Under the pieces are notes generated by a model. That model was not told the origin of the DNA and did not search any database. It saw only the letters and a program-made list of their open reading frames with translations. The position numbers and the translations under genes were made by a program. Source: Nemertoderma westbladi (Eukaryota; Animalia; Xenacoelomorpha). From it: DNA of 44,361 nt. Shown in pieces: positions 12,367 to 23,620 of the stretch (its first letter is position 1; every line of letters starts with the position of its first letter). The stretch covers positions 1-44,361 of the forward strand of contig JAUCBJ010002493.1 in assembly GCA_032718475.1 (NCBI GenBank), written 5' to 3'.

Positions 12367-13503
12367 ATGACCTGGAATTCTACACATGCTGTACTGTCAT
12401 CATTTCTCCCACCAGGACAATTACTACCATTCCAATTTATGATCCCAATCGTTTGTGGAATTAATGTCATTGGAAACCTGACAATGTTATTAGTTATTTC
12501 TGTCAATAAACAATTGCAAACCATTACAAACTTATTCATGACTAACTTATGTGTTTCCGATTGTATGGTGGGAATCTTTTATGTTATTCCTACAAATCCA
12601 TTCCAGGAGTGGTATCACGGTGACGGCTTGTGTAAATTATTCCAATATATCTGCAAGATGAGTTTCCTCGCATCTATTTCATTCATGGTTTGCATTTCCA
12701 TCGAGAGATATATAGTTATTGTAAAACCATTTTTATCGAAAAGAATCCAATCTCGAAGGAGGATAATCATAGTTTGCGTGACTGTCATTGTGTGGATGAG
12801 TTCAGTGACAATAACTTTGCCATACATTGCTTTATCACGAGTCGATGTTTATGATTCGCCGACTGTAATTAACAAGTATGGTAGAACCATTATGCTGTGC
12901 AAACTATCTGAAGGAGAAATTATTGCTATCTTAGAAAGTGTGATTGGATTTATCATTCCCACAATCATCATGATTGTTCTCTACAGAAAAATATTACAAA
13001 CTCTTTTACAATCGATAAAGAAAGTGTTGTCTACATCGAGTATGACATCTCTAAAAGGGAAACATAATTCCAAACAAATCAGAGATCGAAGGCTAATAAT
13101 TGTTAAATTGATTGTGATTCTGTTATGTTTTGTTTTGTGTTGGCTTCCGGTACACATAGTTAAGCACATTTTGATCTTCAGCCCCATTAAAGATCCTGAA
13201 ATTGGGCATCGGTTAAATATTTGCTTGGTTTTCTTGGCGTTCTTATCCAGCTGTATAAATCCAATTATATACCTCGGATTATCTCCAGGGTTTCGTAATG
13301 GGCTACAAAATCTTCTGATCTGTCATTATTGGTGGAAATTGAAAGCTCTTTGTAAGCGACAAATTACTGCAATGATTGTTGGTGTATATAACATGGCAGG
13401 AATTGAACATAAACAACGACAATATATCCTGCAGGATGAGTCTGAGCCTGCAGTGGTATCACATCAAACTGATGTAGAACTCATATCTTTTAAATTTATA
13501 TAA
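12367..13503 (+). CDS. Intronless rhodopsin-family (class A) GPCR, peptide-receptor-like, paralogue 1 (378 aa from ATG 12367)
   Basis: Seven hydrophobic segments with TM1 GN, TM2 NLCVSD, ECL1 W..G..LC, TM3 ISIERY, TM4 W, TM6 FVLCWLP, TM7 NPIIY. N-terminal NST sequon. Confidence 0.93.
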   Translation: MTWNSTHAVLSSFLPPGQLLPFQFMIPIVCGINVIGNLTMLLVISVNKQLQTITNLFMTNLCVSDCMVGIFYVIPTNPFQEWYHGDGLCKLFQYICKMSFLASISFMVCISIERYIVIVKPFLSKRIQSRRRIIIVCVTVIVWMSSVTITLPYIALSRVDVYDSPTVINKYGRTIMLCKLSEGEIIAILESVIGFIIPTIIMIVLYRKILQTLLQSIKKVLSTSSMTSLKGKHNSKQIRDRRLIIVKLIVILLCFVLCWLPVHIVKHILIFSPIKDPEIGHRLNICLVFLAFLSSCINPIIYLGLSPGFRNGLQNLLICHYWWKLKALCKRQITAMIVGVYNMAGIEHKQRQYILQDESEPAVVSHQTDVELISFKFI

Positions 13504-15127
13504 TAGTTAGTTGGTGTTATATATATAATCTGTACTATAGTATAGGATTCAGTAGGTGTACTATTAAGCTTGCGAAATGAGGAATCAATAGACTTAATCC
13601 GAAACTGGAATAGGGTCATTAATATTAATTGATATAAGTATACATATGTTATAACACGGTGGATGGTGTTTCGTGATTCCCTATCACTTATCTGTGGCTG
13701 TAGTGTGTACTACACCTTGCACCTATGTTATTACAGTATTATAATGATGTAATTTCTTATTAATATATGGAAATACTGTATATATATTATTGTATTATCT
13801 ATGGGAGTTCACAGACACAAGGTTTATACAATGATGCAGTATTTTAATGATAATTTACCCTTCATGAAATGGACATGGTTGAAAATTGTTGTAATCACGG
13901 ACAGAATTATATTATAACGGAATTATTATACTCACTCTCAGTGAAGTAATAGTGACCCTGTATATGAATCACATAAAAAAGTTAGAACGTGTCTTTCTAT
14001 TGGAATGCAGTGGCCAAAATTAGACAGCATCATGGATGGAACAGAGAATTAATCTCTAATGTGTACTTCAACTTTCACTCAGTATTCCTGCGAATTGTGA
14101 TTCTTTCCATGGGATTTGTTATACAATTTAGAATGCGACATATCTCAGGATCAGTTTGAGCCCAAAATGGAGTTGGAGAGTGTACAATTTGTTCTAATTT
14201 TAGGTTAGTTTGAGTAACGGCTGTCCAGCGTCAAGGACGGAACGTCATGGACTGAAAACATTTTGTGGCCGAAAAAATATCACTAATGCGTTTCCATTTA
14301 TATTTAGTATTCCATGGATATGGATAACCATATTGAGGCTTCCCGACAGATAGGTTCAGACAGACAGGACAGACACATATGCCGATATGTTCGTCTTATC
14401 TCGGCCACGAATTGAACACATGATAGTGTACACAGTAGTACACGGCAGTCTCCTAGTGAGATCTTGTAAATAGTAGATCTTGTAAATAGTGAGAACTGTT
14501 TTATAGGATGGGTCAAATTTAACTTTTTTTCAAATTTCAACTTTTCCCTATTAAAAGTTTTTGTAGAACCAAATTTTCGGAGGATTGGTCAAAACTAAAT
14601 TTTATCAAACTAATTTTTAATCCCTGCACATTTAAATTTAACATTTTTGAAATTGCGTAAATATAAAATTTTCTGAAAATAAAATTTATTCAATAATTCC
14701 ATTTTCCCTACATTAGACACCTTCTAGTCATCGAAAATGATGAAATAAGAATAAAAAATATTAAGTACAATCCCGTTTGACCCATGCACATGATATTTCA
14801 AAAAGTACTTTTTTCGAAATTTTTTAAAAACAGCACTTTTAAACAGTTTGTAAACAAAAAACATTAATAATTTTGGTTGCTTTCCTATTCAAATAAACAA
14901 AGCTTTACATTTTCAAAATTGAATTTAATTATTTAATCTGGTTAACAACCACTGCTAACCCATGGACAAATCACGTCAATGTTAATAGTCATTTATTAAG
15001 AGAAAAAACATTGAAACGAAAATCTTCAACAAACAGTTTAATTATCAACGTCATACTTATAGCTATGGAAGCTATGGAGTTTTCAATACCCTAATTAAAC
15101 CAAAGCACAGCTGGTTCATATCCTTAT

Positions 15128-17255
15128 AAACAAAAGGTGGAGAAACAGCATGATTAACTGCAAGGCAAACAGCTCGTTCAACCTAATTAGTTCGGACCAT
15201 AGGATCGTGACTTCTGCAGTCACGATATCAGAGGTTTGAGAGCCAGCAAACCCAGGACAAATAAGCGAATCAACTATGACTGGGAGAAACTAAGAACTGA
15301 CAATGCAGTATTTATGCTTATACAGTAGAAGTTCAAAACCGCTTTGAAGCACTTCAGTCAATCGACCGATCGAATCGAATCGAACCGAATCGACCTTCAG
15401 TCCACCGATTCAATATACCAGAATATAATAAAAGCCCACAAGGAATCAGACAAGAGGCATATTCCCCAGAAATCCAAACGAAAACATTATGCCCCATGGC
15501 AACACTCTGAGGTTTATTGTACTGTAAGAGAGAAGATTTTAAGATATACAAAGTAAAAACCGCGCACAACCAACAACCGAAAAAAAACAAGGTTGAGAAA
15601 GCTAAGGAAGATCTAAAATTGGCCTACAGCCTCAGCCAGAAATACATACAGGATAAAATTGAAGAAATGACAACAAACTGCTCACCTACAGCAACAATCA
15701 AGACATACCTGGCAAACTGCAAATAAGAAACTTTAAATGTCAGAAAGGTTGTGCTGATAGTCCTGAAGAACGTGTTTGAAAATGGAAAGATCACTTCTGA
15801 AACTTGTTTGGGCAGCGACCAAACATCGAGGTCAGCCCTACAAGGAAGGTATGGCAAGATTCTACCTATAGAAACAGGGGACTTCACACCTGCCGAACTC
15901 CAAAGAAACATTAAAAGCATGTCCAATCATAAAGTGAGTGGATTAGATGAAATCCCTACAGAGGTATGTAAAATAGGAGTGCTAAACAAACCATTGATTT
16001 TTGTAACCAGATACTGAATAGGGAAAAGCCACCACTAACTTGGATTAAAAGTCAACTAAAACCACTCCCCAAGGAAGGAGACTTCGGTATACCAATAAAC
16101 TATCCTGGGCCTGGGATTGTCTGCTTGTGGTAGCTGCCAAAATTTACAACAAAATGATACTATATAGAATTAGGCCTCACATAAAAACTGCTGTGTAAGA
16201 ACCAAAATGGAATTCGTCCAAATAGATCAACAATAGCTCAGAGGGAATTAAGTCAAACAATCTCCCCGCTGTCCTGACTTTTATGGACTTAAAGGAAGCA
16301 TTCGATTCAATTCATAGGGGTAAAATGCTGGAAATCCTAAGAGCTTATGGAATACTAGAGGTAATTGTACCTGGTATTGGATTATTATATTGTAACACAG
16401 AAGCTCAGGTACTCTCACCCGATGGTGAAACTGAGTTCTTCTCATACCTGGTTGGCATACTGAAAGGTAACACATTGGTGCTATTACTATTCGTAATTGT
16501 ACTGGATTACGTAATGAGCACGGCCACAAAGGGTGAAGATCTGGGATTCACTCTACAAGAACGCAGAAGTAGCAGATATCTGGCATTTAAAGTCACAGAC
16601 ATCGCTTTGATGATGACATTGCCCTGCATTACAATATGCTAGCATATGCACAGCTTCGACTAAATATAGTAGAGAAGGCTGCTGAGGAGGTTGGATTGCA
16701 TATAAATGCTACCATACCAATTCATGACTTTTAATGTTGATGTTAATGTACATTGGATCATGGATAGGAGAGAAGCAAAAAAGACATAGAAGTTAGGAAA
16801 GCAAAGGCTTGGGTAGCTCTGTCAAAAATGGATACCATCTGGAAATCAGATCTCTCCAGGCACCTGAAGACTAAGTTCCTTCGAGCCACAGTGGAAAGTG
16901 TATTTTTATACGGGGGTGAGACCTGGACATTGACTAAATCACTTGAACAACGAATTGCTACACAAGATTACTAAGGGCAGCCCTAAACATCAGCTGGAGA
17001 CAACACATGACAAACGCTGAGCTTTATGGTACAATACCACCTGTATCAACCACCCTCCATGAACGCAGATTAAGATTCAGTGGGCACTGCTGGAGAAGTT
17101 AAGACGATACCAGATCTACTTTTCTGGAAACCAACTCAAGGAAAGCGTAGCCATGGATGACCGGCTATGAGATATATAGACCAACTTGAAAGAGATACTG
17201 AACTTGAGACAATCAAAATTGCTACCACTATGGAGCATGGAATGATCTCATTTCC
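15128..17255 (+). mobile_element. Degenerate RTE-clade LINE copy, same family as 38325-41192
   Basis: Colinear high nucleotide similarity to ~38950-41160, with many indels, stops and internal deletions. Confidence 0.9.
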
Positions 17256-17256
17256 G

Positions 17257-17562
17257 TAAGTCTTGATTGTTGTTGTAGGTGAGCAGTTAGTTGTAACTTC
17301 TTCAATTTTATCTTGGAAAAAAACATTTATTTCTCTTGGCTGATGTTGTAGGCCAATTTTAGATCTTCCTTAGCTTTCTCAACCTTGTTTTCTTTTCGGT
17401 TGTTGGTTGTTAGGTTTTTACTTTGTAGATCTTAAGATATCTTAAGATCTTCTCTCTTACAGTACCGGTGTAAAACAGTGTTGCCATGGGACAACTGTTT
17501 TCGTTAGGATTTCTTGCCTCTTGCCTGATTCCTTGTGGGCTTTTATTATATTCTGGTATATT
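17257..17562 (-). mobile_element. Inverted fragment of the same RTE family
   Basis: Reverse complement matches ~15411-15706 (aatataccagaatataataaaagcccacaagg...caacaatcaagact). Confidence 0.85.
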
Positions 17563-17832
17563 ATATTCTCCCACCTAATCCACTTCTATTGAACAGGCAG
17601 TCTTAAGTTGCATATCCTATATCTAACAGTGGACCTACCGGCCTCAAGTATGTTAGAGTGAAACAGGAGGGAAGTACAAATAAATAAATATTCAGCTCGA
17701 GTATTGCTGCCAGGTGATATTAATAAATGAATTGGAGTTGAGCTGTTAATGCAACTGTAATTAAAGGTGTAATATTATGGTTTTGTTCAGAAATGGAAAA
17801 AATGAGAAAGCGCGTCACCGAAGGGTTGAACC

Positions 17833-17878
17833 AGCGCTATACGTACGTTTCGGCCTATCAGGCCTCATCAGTAGCGCT
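17833..17878 (-). ncRNA. Type I hammerhead ribozyme
   Basis: Minus strand reads AGCGCUA-CUGAUGA-GGCCU gau AGGCC-GAAAC-GUAC-GUA/UAGCGCU: complete core, 7-bp stem I, 5-bp stem II, 2-bp stem III with a palindromic loop, GUA cleavage triplet. Confidence 0.92.
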
Positions 17879-18050
17879 AACCAGTTCAGCCACTAGCCCC
17901 TGACATTCACTCTCCCACCTAATCCACTTCTATTGAACAGGCAGTCTTAAGTTGCATATCCTATCTCTAACAGCGGACCTACCGGCCTCAAGTATGTTAG
18001 AGTGAAACAGGAGGGAAGTACAAATAAAAAAATATTCAGCTGAACTGGTT

Positions 18051-18096
18051 AGCGCTACTGATGAGGCCTGATAGGCTGAAACGTACGTATAGCGCT
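18051..18096 (+). ncRNA. Type I hammerhead ribozyme (inverted copy)
   Basis: AGCGCUA(18051-57)-CUGAUGA(18058-64)-GGCCU gau AGGCU-GAAAC(18078-82)-GUAC-GUA/UAGCGCU. Predicted cleavage 3' of 18089. The stem II closing pair is G-U instead of G-C. Confidence 0.88.
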
Positions 18097-19114
18097 GGTT
18101 CAACCCCCGGTGACGCGCTTTCTCATTTTTTCCATTTCTGAACAAAACCATAATATTACATCGTCATTAGGGAATGCCATGTATTACTAGGTATCCATCA
18201 ATATTGTTACACAGCCAATTATTTATCAATTTCAGTGCGAGTCTGGAAAAACGTAACAATATATATATATAAAGCGCTAAAATTACTAGCAGCTACAATC
18301 TAATAACCACTTAAATCTGTAATTATTGTGCTTATATATATAACTTTTTTTATGTGATCTAATGTATTTAATGCCTTTCTTATATACATAATTCTATATA
18401 ATAAAATACATCATTTTTTTTACATCATTCGGATTTTTTACATCAGTCTGTGTTGCTGTTCCTGTGAGTTTATTTTTTCACTTGTGTTTCTTATGTGTCA
18501 ACGATAGAATATAAAAATTTGATTACCGATAAGACCAAAACTGTCAAACTCAAATAATTTAACCTGCATATAAGTTTCCGATGCCATTTTGTGTCCTCCA
18601 TCGAGTTCGCCACCGATGCTATGATGGGCTAATTCTATTTAAACATTTTGACAGACTCAATGTGTATGATGAATCTACTAGTTTATAGTGTTTGGTTTGT
18701 TTAGCCTTCAAACATTTAGATAGACAGACAGAAAATTGCTGGTTAAAATGGTCTTACCCCTACTTTGTGCCTCATCCCACAATAAAGTTATCAAATTACA
18801 ATGCAAATTTAATATATCGTTTCATAGATAATATCGGTGTCGGACTATGGAATTATTTGTTTGTCTGTGTTATGTTTAGTCAATCAATTGTATGATAACT
18901 CAATCTCACAACATGTTTGTTCACACCTTTATATTGTAATTATAAAACGTAGTTAGCTGCCCAATATAAACAAAATGTCAATAATTTATTACATCACGTT
19001 CTATATTTAATCTGACTATTTTCTCAGCACAAAAAATTTTCGACACTCTTTAAAAGTATAAAAACAAATTGATATTAATAATATTTACAACTAATTACAA
19101 CATTTGATTTGAAG

Positions 19115-20272
19115 ATGTACAGGAATTCTACAGAGGATGTAGGACTACCAACTCTATATTTAACACAGCAACAGATAATATTTGTCAACATCATGCTCCC
19201 ACTAGTTTGTGCACTTACTGTCATTGGCAACCTCACAATGTTATTAGTTATTGCTGTCAATAAACAATTACAAACTCTTACGAACTTCTTCATGGCTAAC
19301 TTATGCGTTTCCGATTTGATGGTGGGAATCTTTCATGTTATTCCTTTTATGTTCTGGCTCACAGATCCTTACCAGGAGTGGCATCTGGGTGTCGGCTTGT
19401 GTAGAATATTCCATTATATCTGCAGAATGAGTTTTGCAGCGTCAATATCATTCATGGTTTGTATTTCTATCGAGAGATATATAGTTATTGTAAAACCATT
19501 TTTGGCTAAAAGAATCAGAACTCGAAGACTGATAATCATCGTTACCTCGATCGTGTGGATGAGTTCAGTGTCAATAACATCACCATACATTGCTTTAGCA
19601 CGTGTCGATGTTTATGATACGCCTAATGTAATTAATATGTATGGTAGAAGTATAAGATTGTGCATATTGCCATCAACCGAAGAAATGATTCTCTCTATAT
19701 TAGAAAGTGTGATTGGATTTATCACTCCCACAATCATCATGATTGTTCTCTACTTGAAAATATTCCAAACTCTTCTACAATCGATAAAGAAAGTGTTGTC
19801 TACATCGAGTATGACATCTCTAAAGGGGAAACTGCTAACGCAGAATTCCAAACAAATTAGAGATCGAAGGCTAATAATTGTTAAATTGATCGTGATTCTG
19901 TTATGTTTTGTTTTGTGTTGGCTTCCGGTACACATATTTAGGTGCACTTTCATGTTCGACCTAATTATTGATGCTGAAATTAAAAATTGGTTATATATTT
20001 GTGTTGTATTCTTGGCATATTTATCCAGTGGTATAAATCCAATTATATATTTAGGTTTTACGCCTGGATTTCGCGTTAGACTGCAAAATGTTCTGATCTC
20101 TCGATGGTGGAAATATATTGCTCATAATAAACGACAAATAACAGATTCTGCTGTTGGTGTCAAAGACATGGCGGGAATTGAAAGTACACAACGTCAATCC
20201 ACAATAAGGGATGAGTCTACGATGGCATCACAACGAACTGATGTGGAACTCATTTCTTTCAAATTTATATAA
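19115..20272 (+). CDS. Intronless rhodopsin-family GPCR, paralogue 2 (385 aa from ATG 19115)
   Basis: Same class A motifs (GN, NLCVSD, ISIERY, FVLCWLP, NPIIY). Clearly paralogous to 12367-13503, sharing the C-terminal TDVELISFKFI. Confidence 0.93.
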   Translation: MYRNSTEDVGLPTLYLTQQQIIFVNIMLPLVCALTVIGNLTMLLVIAVNKQLQTLTNFFMANLCVSDLMVGIFHVIPFMFWLTDPYQEWHLGVGLCRIFHYICRMSFAASISFMVCISIERYIVIVKPFLAKRIRTRRLIIIVTSIVWMSSVSITSPYIALARVDVYDTPNVINMYGRSIRLCILPSTEEMILSILESVIGFITPTIIMIVLYLKIFQTLLQSIKKVLSTSSMTSLKGKLLTQNSKQIRDRRLIIVKLIVILLCFVLCWLPVHIFRCTFMFDLIIDAEIKNWLYICVVFLAYLSSGINPIIYLGFTPGFRVRLQNVLISRWWKYIAHNKRQITDSAVGVKDMAGIESTQRQSTIRDESTMASQRTDVELISFKFI

Positions 20273-20604
20273 TCTTACTCAACATTTATTAGCTATAAAA
20301 AGACCGAGCGACGAGTCAATAGAGGCTTAATCAGTCAGACAGTACACAGTGATAAAAGGTTGGAACTATTATGAATTGTATTATTGTAGTATTATGTAGC
20401 AATAATATATATTTTTATTTGAAAAATCTGCGCATTTTCTCAGTGATATTTTTAAAACTGAATGAATTAATCTAATTTTATTTCACTTATTTCCCAGAGA
20501 AGTAGTTAAAAACTTTTCTCACTAATTTTACAGATTAGTTTAATAAAGTTTTTTTACTAATTCCAAATTTGTGAAAAAAGTATTTAACTAATTTTTACTT
20601 TAAT

Positions 20605-21060
20605 CAGCACACCGGTCCATCTGGACAAGAGGACGGCCTCCACTGTGATTTGGCCATTCATGGCGCGTTTAATTCGCAGACTCAGGCGTTGCTCGACATT
20701 AGGTCCACCAACCTTGATGCCAAGTCTTACGCGAATCGTGCCCCAATGGCTATCCTGGAAGCAGCGGAGGACGAGAAGAGACGAATCTACTCGGCAGCTG
20801 TTGAACTCCGTCGTGGCGATTAAACCCCCTTTGTAGCTTCGTGTGATGGTGTCCTTGCACCGCACGCCAAGAAGCTGCTACGGACAATGGCCAGCAGGTT
20901 GAGCGCAAACTGGTCGAATCCGTACAGCGTTGCGATGGGCTGGGTGAGGAGGCAGCGCGTCCAGTTCGCGGTACGTCGCATTGCCTCCGAGGATCGCGAG
21001 TCAAGTGGCGTTCTGGTCTTGGGTTGGAAGACGGCGCTGCTGGCTTCCCAGGCATATAAA
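20605..21060 (+). mobile_element. 3' fragment of a CRE-like non-LTR retrotransposon (restriction-like endonuclease domain)
   Basis: GC-rich island translating GLHCDLAIHGAF....ALLDIRSTNLDAKSY....EDEKRRIY.....TPFVASCDG....YS..MGW.R....CLRGSR, a PD-(D/E)xK-type RLE pattern with a stop and a frameshift. Confidence 0.75.
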
Positions 21061-21922
21061 GGACATGCTAATTACTGGTGCAACTAACAGCAATTCTGTC
21101 AGTCAGTTTCATTGTACAATTTTTAGCGCAATTATTTTAGACAATTTGATAATTTTGTTTGAAGCTATATTTGTTTGTTTTCATTAAATATATGTATTAA
21201 AAAAATATTATTTTTTACTTTAATTAGTGAAAAAAAAATGTGATAAAGGACTTTTCGATAAAATTCGATAAAAAAAAGGGAATTCGAAAACACTACTTTT
21301 TTCATTCATTTTCAGTTTAATTTCAGAAATTTAACTATCTGTACGAGTGGACTCATTGCTATTCTAATTAACAACATAACACATCAACACATGAGGGCAG
21401 AATACCTGTACCAAATGTAAGCTCAAGAATGCAGCAATGTCAAACCAACATGAAGCCAGTTTATGTTCGCCAAATAAGCAAGCAATGGTCAAATGGGGAC
21501 AGGAAACACCTAAAATGTTATAATCCGAAACAACAACTATTTATACTTAGTGGCAGAATATTTATGGGATCAACCCTGGGGTAGGTACTTATACAATCGA
21601 ATACTTAGGGGATCAACCCTGGGGTAGGTACTTATACAATCGAATACTTATGGGATCAACCCTGGGGTAGGTACTTATGGGATCAACCCTGGGGTAGGTA
21701 CTTATACAATCGAATACTTATGGGATCAACCCTGGGGTAGGTACTTATACAATCGAATACTTATGGGATCAACCCTGGGGTAGGTACTTATGGGATCAAC
21801 CCTGGGGTAGGTACTTATACAATCGAATACTTCTTGGATCAACCCTGGGGTAGGTACTTATACAATCGAATACTTATGGGATCAACCCTGGGGTAGGTAC
21901 TTATGGGCAACCCTGGGGTAGG

Positions 21923-22106
21923 TGTTGATCAGTATAATGCACATTTATAAATCTATAAATATTCTCGCTGTACTGCTATAATAATACAAGGCCGCCATAT
22001 AATTATATATGAAATACAGCAATACACTCAGGCCTATACCGGTACACCAAACAACACAGTACTATCCCATCACCCGGCGAGTCTCTATCTCAGTGCCTAT
22101 CTAACA
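21923..22106 (-). mobile_element. Solo LTR 1 (184 bp)
   Basis: TGTT...AACA ends, flanked by GTAGG on both sides, near-identical to the LTRs of the 23387-28368 element. Confidence 0.93.
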
Positions 22107-22361
22107 GTAGGTACTTATACAATCGAATAGTTATGGGATCAACCCTGGGGTAGGTACTTATGGGATCAACCCTGGGTAGGTACTTATACAATCGAATACT
22201 TATGGGATCAACCCTGGGGTAGGTACTTATGGGATCAACCCTGGGGTAGGTACTTATACAATCGAATACTTATTGGATCAACCCTGGACTAGGTACTTAT
22301 ACAATCGAATACTTATGGGATCAACCCTGGGGTAGGTACTTATGGGCAACCCTAGGGTAGG

Positions 22362-22545
22362 TGTTGATCAGTATAATGCACATTTATAAATCTATAAATA
22401 TTCTCGCTGTACTGCTATAATAATACAAGGCCGCCATATAATTATATATGAAATACAGCAATACACTCAGGCCTATACCGGTACACCAAACAACACAGTA
22501 CTATCCCATCACCTGGCGAGTCTCTATCTCAGTGCCTATCTAACA
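22362..22545 (-). mobile_element. Solo LTR 2 (184 bp)
   Basis: As solo LTR 1, with GTAGG on both sides. Confidence 0.93.
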
Positions 22546-23570
22546 GTAGGTACTTATACAATCGAATACTTATGGGATCAACCCTGGGGTAGGTACTTAT
22601 ACAATCGAATACTTATGGGATCAACCCTGGGGTAGGTACTTATGGGATCAACCCTGGGGTAGGTACTTATACAATCGAATACTTATGGGATCAACCCTGG
22701 GGTAGGTACTTATACAATCGAATACTTATGGGATCAACCCTGGGGTAGGTACTTATGGGATCAACCCTGGGGTAGGTACTTATGGGATCAACCCTGGGGT
22801 AGGTACTTATACAATCGAATACTTCTTGGATCAACCCTGGGGTAGGTACTTATACAATCGAATACTTATGGGATCAACCCTGGGGTGGGAACTTATGGGA
22901 TCAACCCTGGAGTAGGTACTTATACAATCGAATACTTATGGGATCAACCCTGGGGTAGGTACTTATGGGCAACCCTGGGGTAGGTACTTATACAATCGAA
23001 TACTTATGGGATCAACCCTGGGGTAGGTACTTATGGGATCAACCCTGGGGTAGGTACTTATGGGATCAACCTTGGGGTAGGTTCTTATGGGATCAACCCT
23101 AGGGTAGGTACTTACGGGATCAACCCTGAGGTAGGTACTTATACAATCGAATACTTATGGGATCAACCCTGGGGTAGGTACTTATGGGATCAACCCTGGG
23201 GTAGGTACTTATACAATCGAATACTTATGGGATCAACCCTGGGGTAGGTACTTATACAATCGAATACTTATGGGATCAACCCTGGGGTAGGTACTTATGG
23301 GATCAACCCTGGGGTAGGTACTTATACAATCGAATACTTATGGGATCAACCCTGGGGTAGGTACTTATGGGCAACCCTAGGGTAGGTGTTGATCAGTATA
23401 ATGCACATTTATAAATCTATAAATATTCTCGCTGTACTGCTATAATAATACAAGGCCGCCATATAATTATATATGAAATACAGCAATACACTCAGGCCTA
23501 TACCGGTACACCAAACAACACAGTACTATCCCATCACCTGGCGAGTCTCTATCTCAGTGCCTATCTAACA

Positions 23571-23588
23571 GATTCACCCTCTTTCTTA
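23571..23588 (-). other. Polypurine tract
   Basis: Minus strand AAGAAAGAGGGTGAATC immediately before the 3' LTR. Confidence 0.7.
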
Positions 23589-23620
23589 AGAATGAAATGG
23601 AATAAACTAAGTGGTTATAG

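Larger units (their letters stand above)
17567..18160 (-). mobile_element. Hammerhead-ribozyme retroelement (non-LTR retrozyme or Penelope-like terminal repeat): ~1.4 copies of a 344-bp unit plus an inverted end
   Basis: 131-bp direct repeats at 17567-17697 and 17911-18041 (period 344). ~122-bp inverted repeats at 17768-17890 and 18039-18160, each containing a hammerhead core. No credible ORF. Confidence 0.75.

Noticed and set aside
17930-18151. 73-aa ORF across the ribozyme element
   Set aside because: Spans the inversion junction and has no RT or GIY-YIG motifs; incidental.
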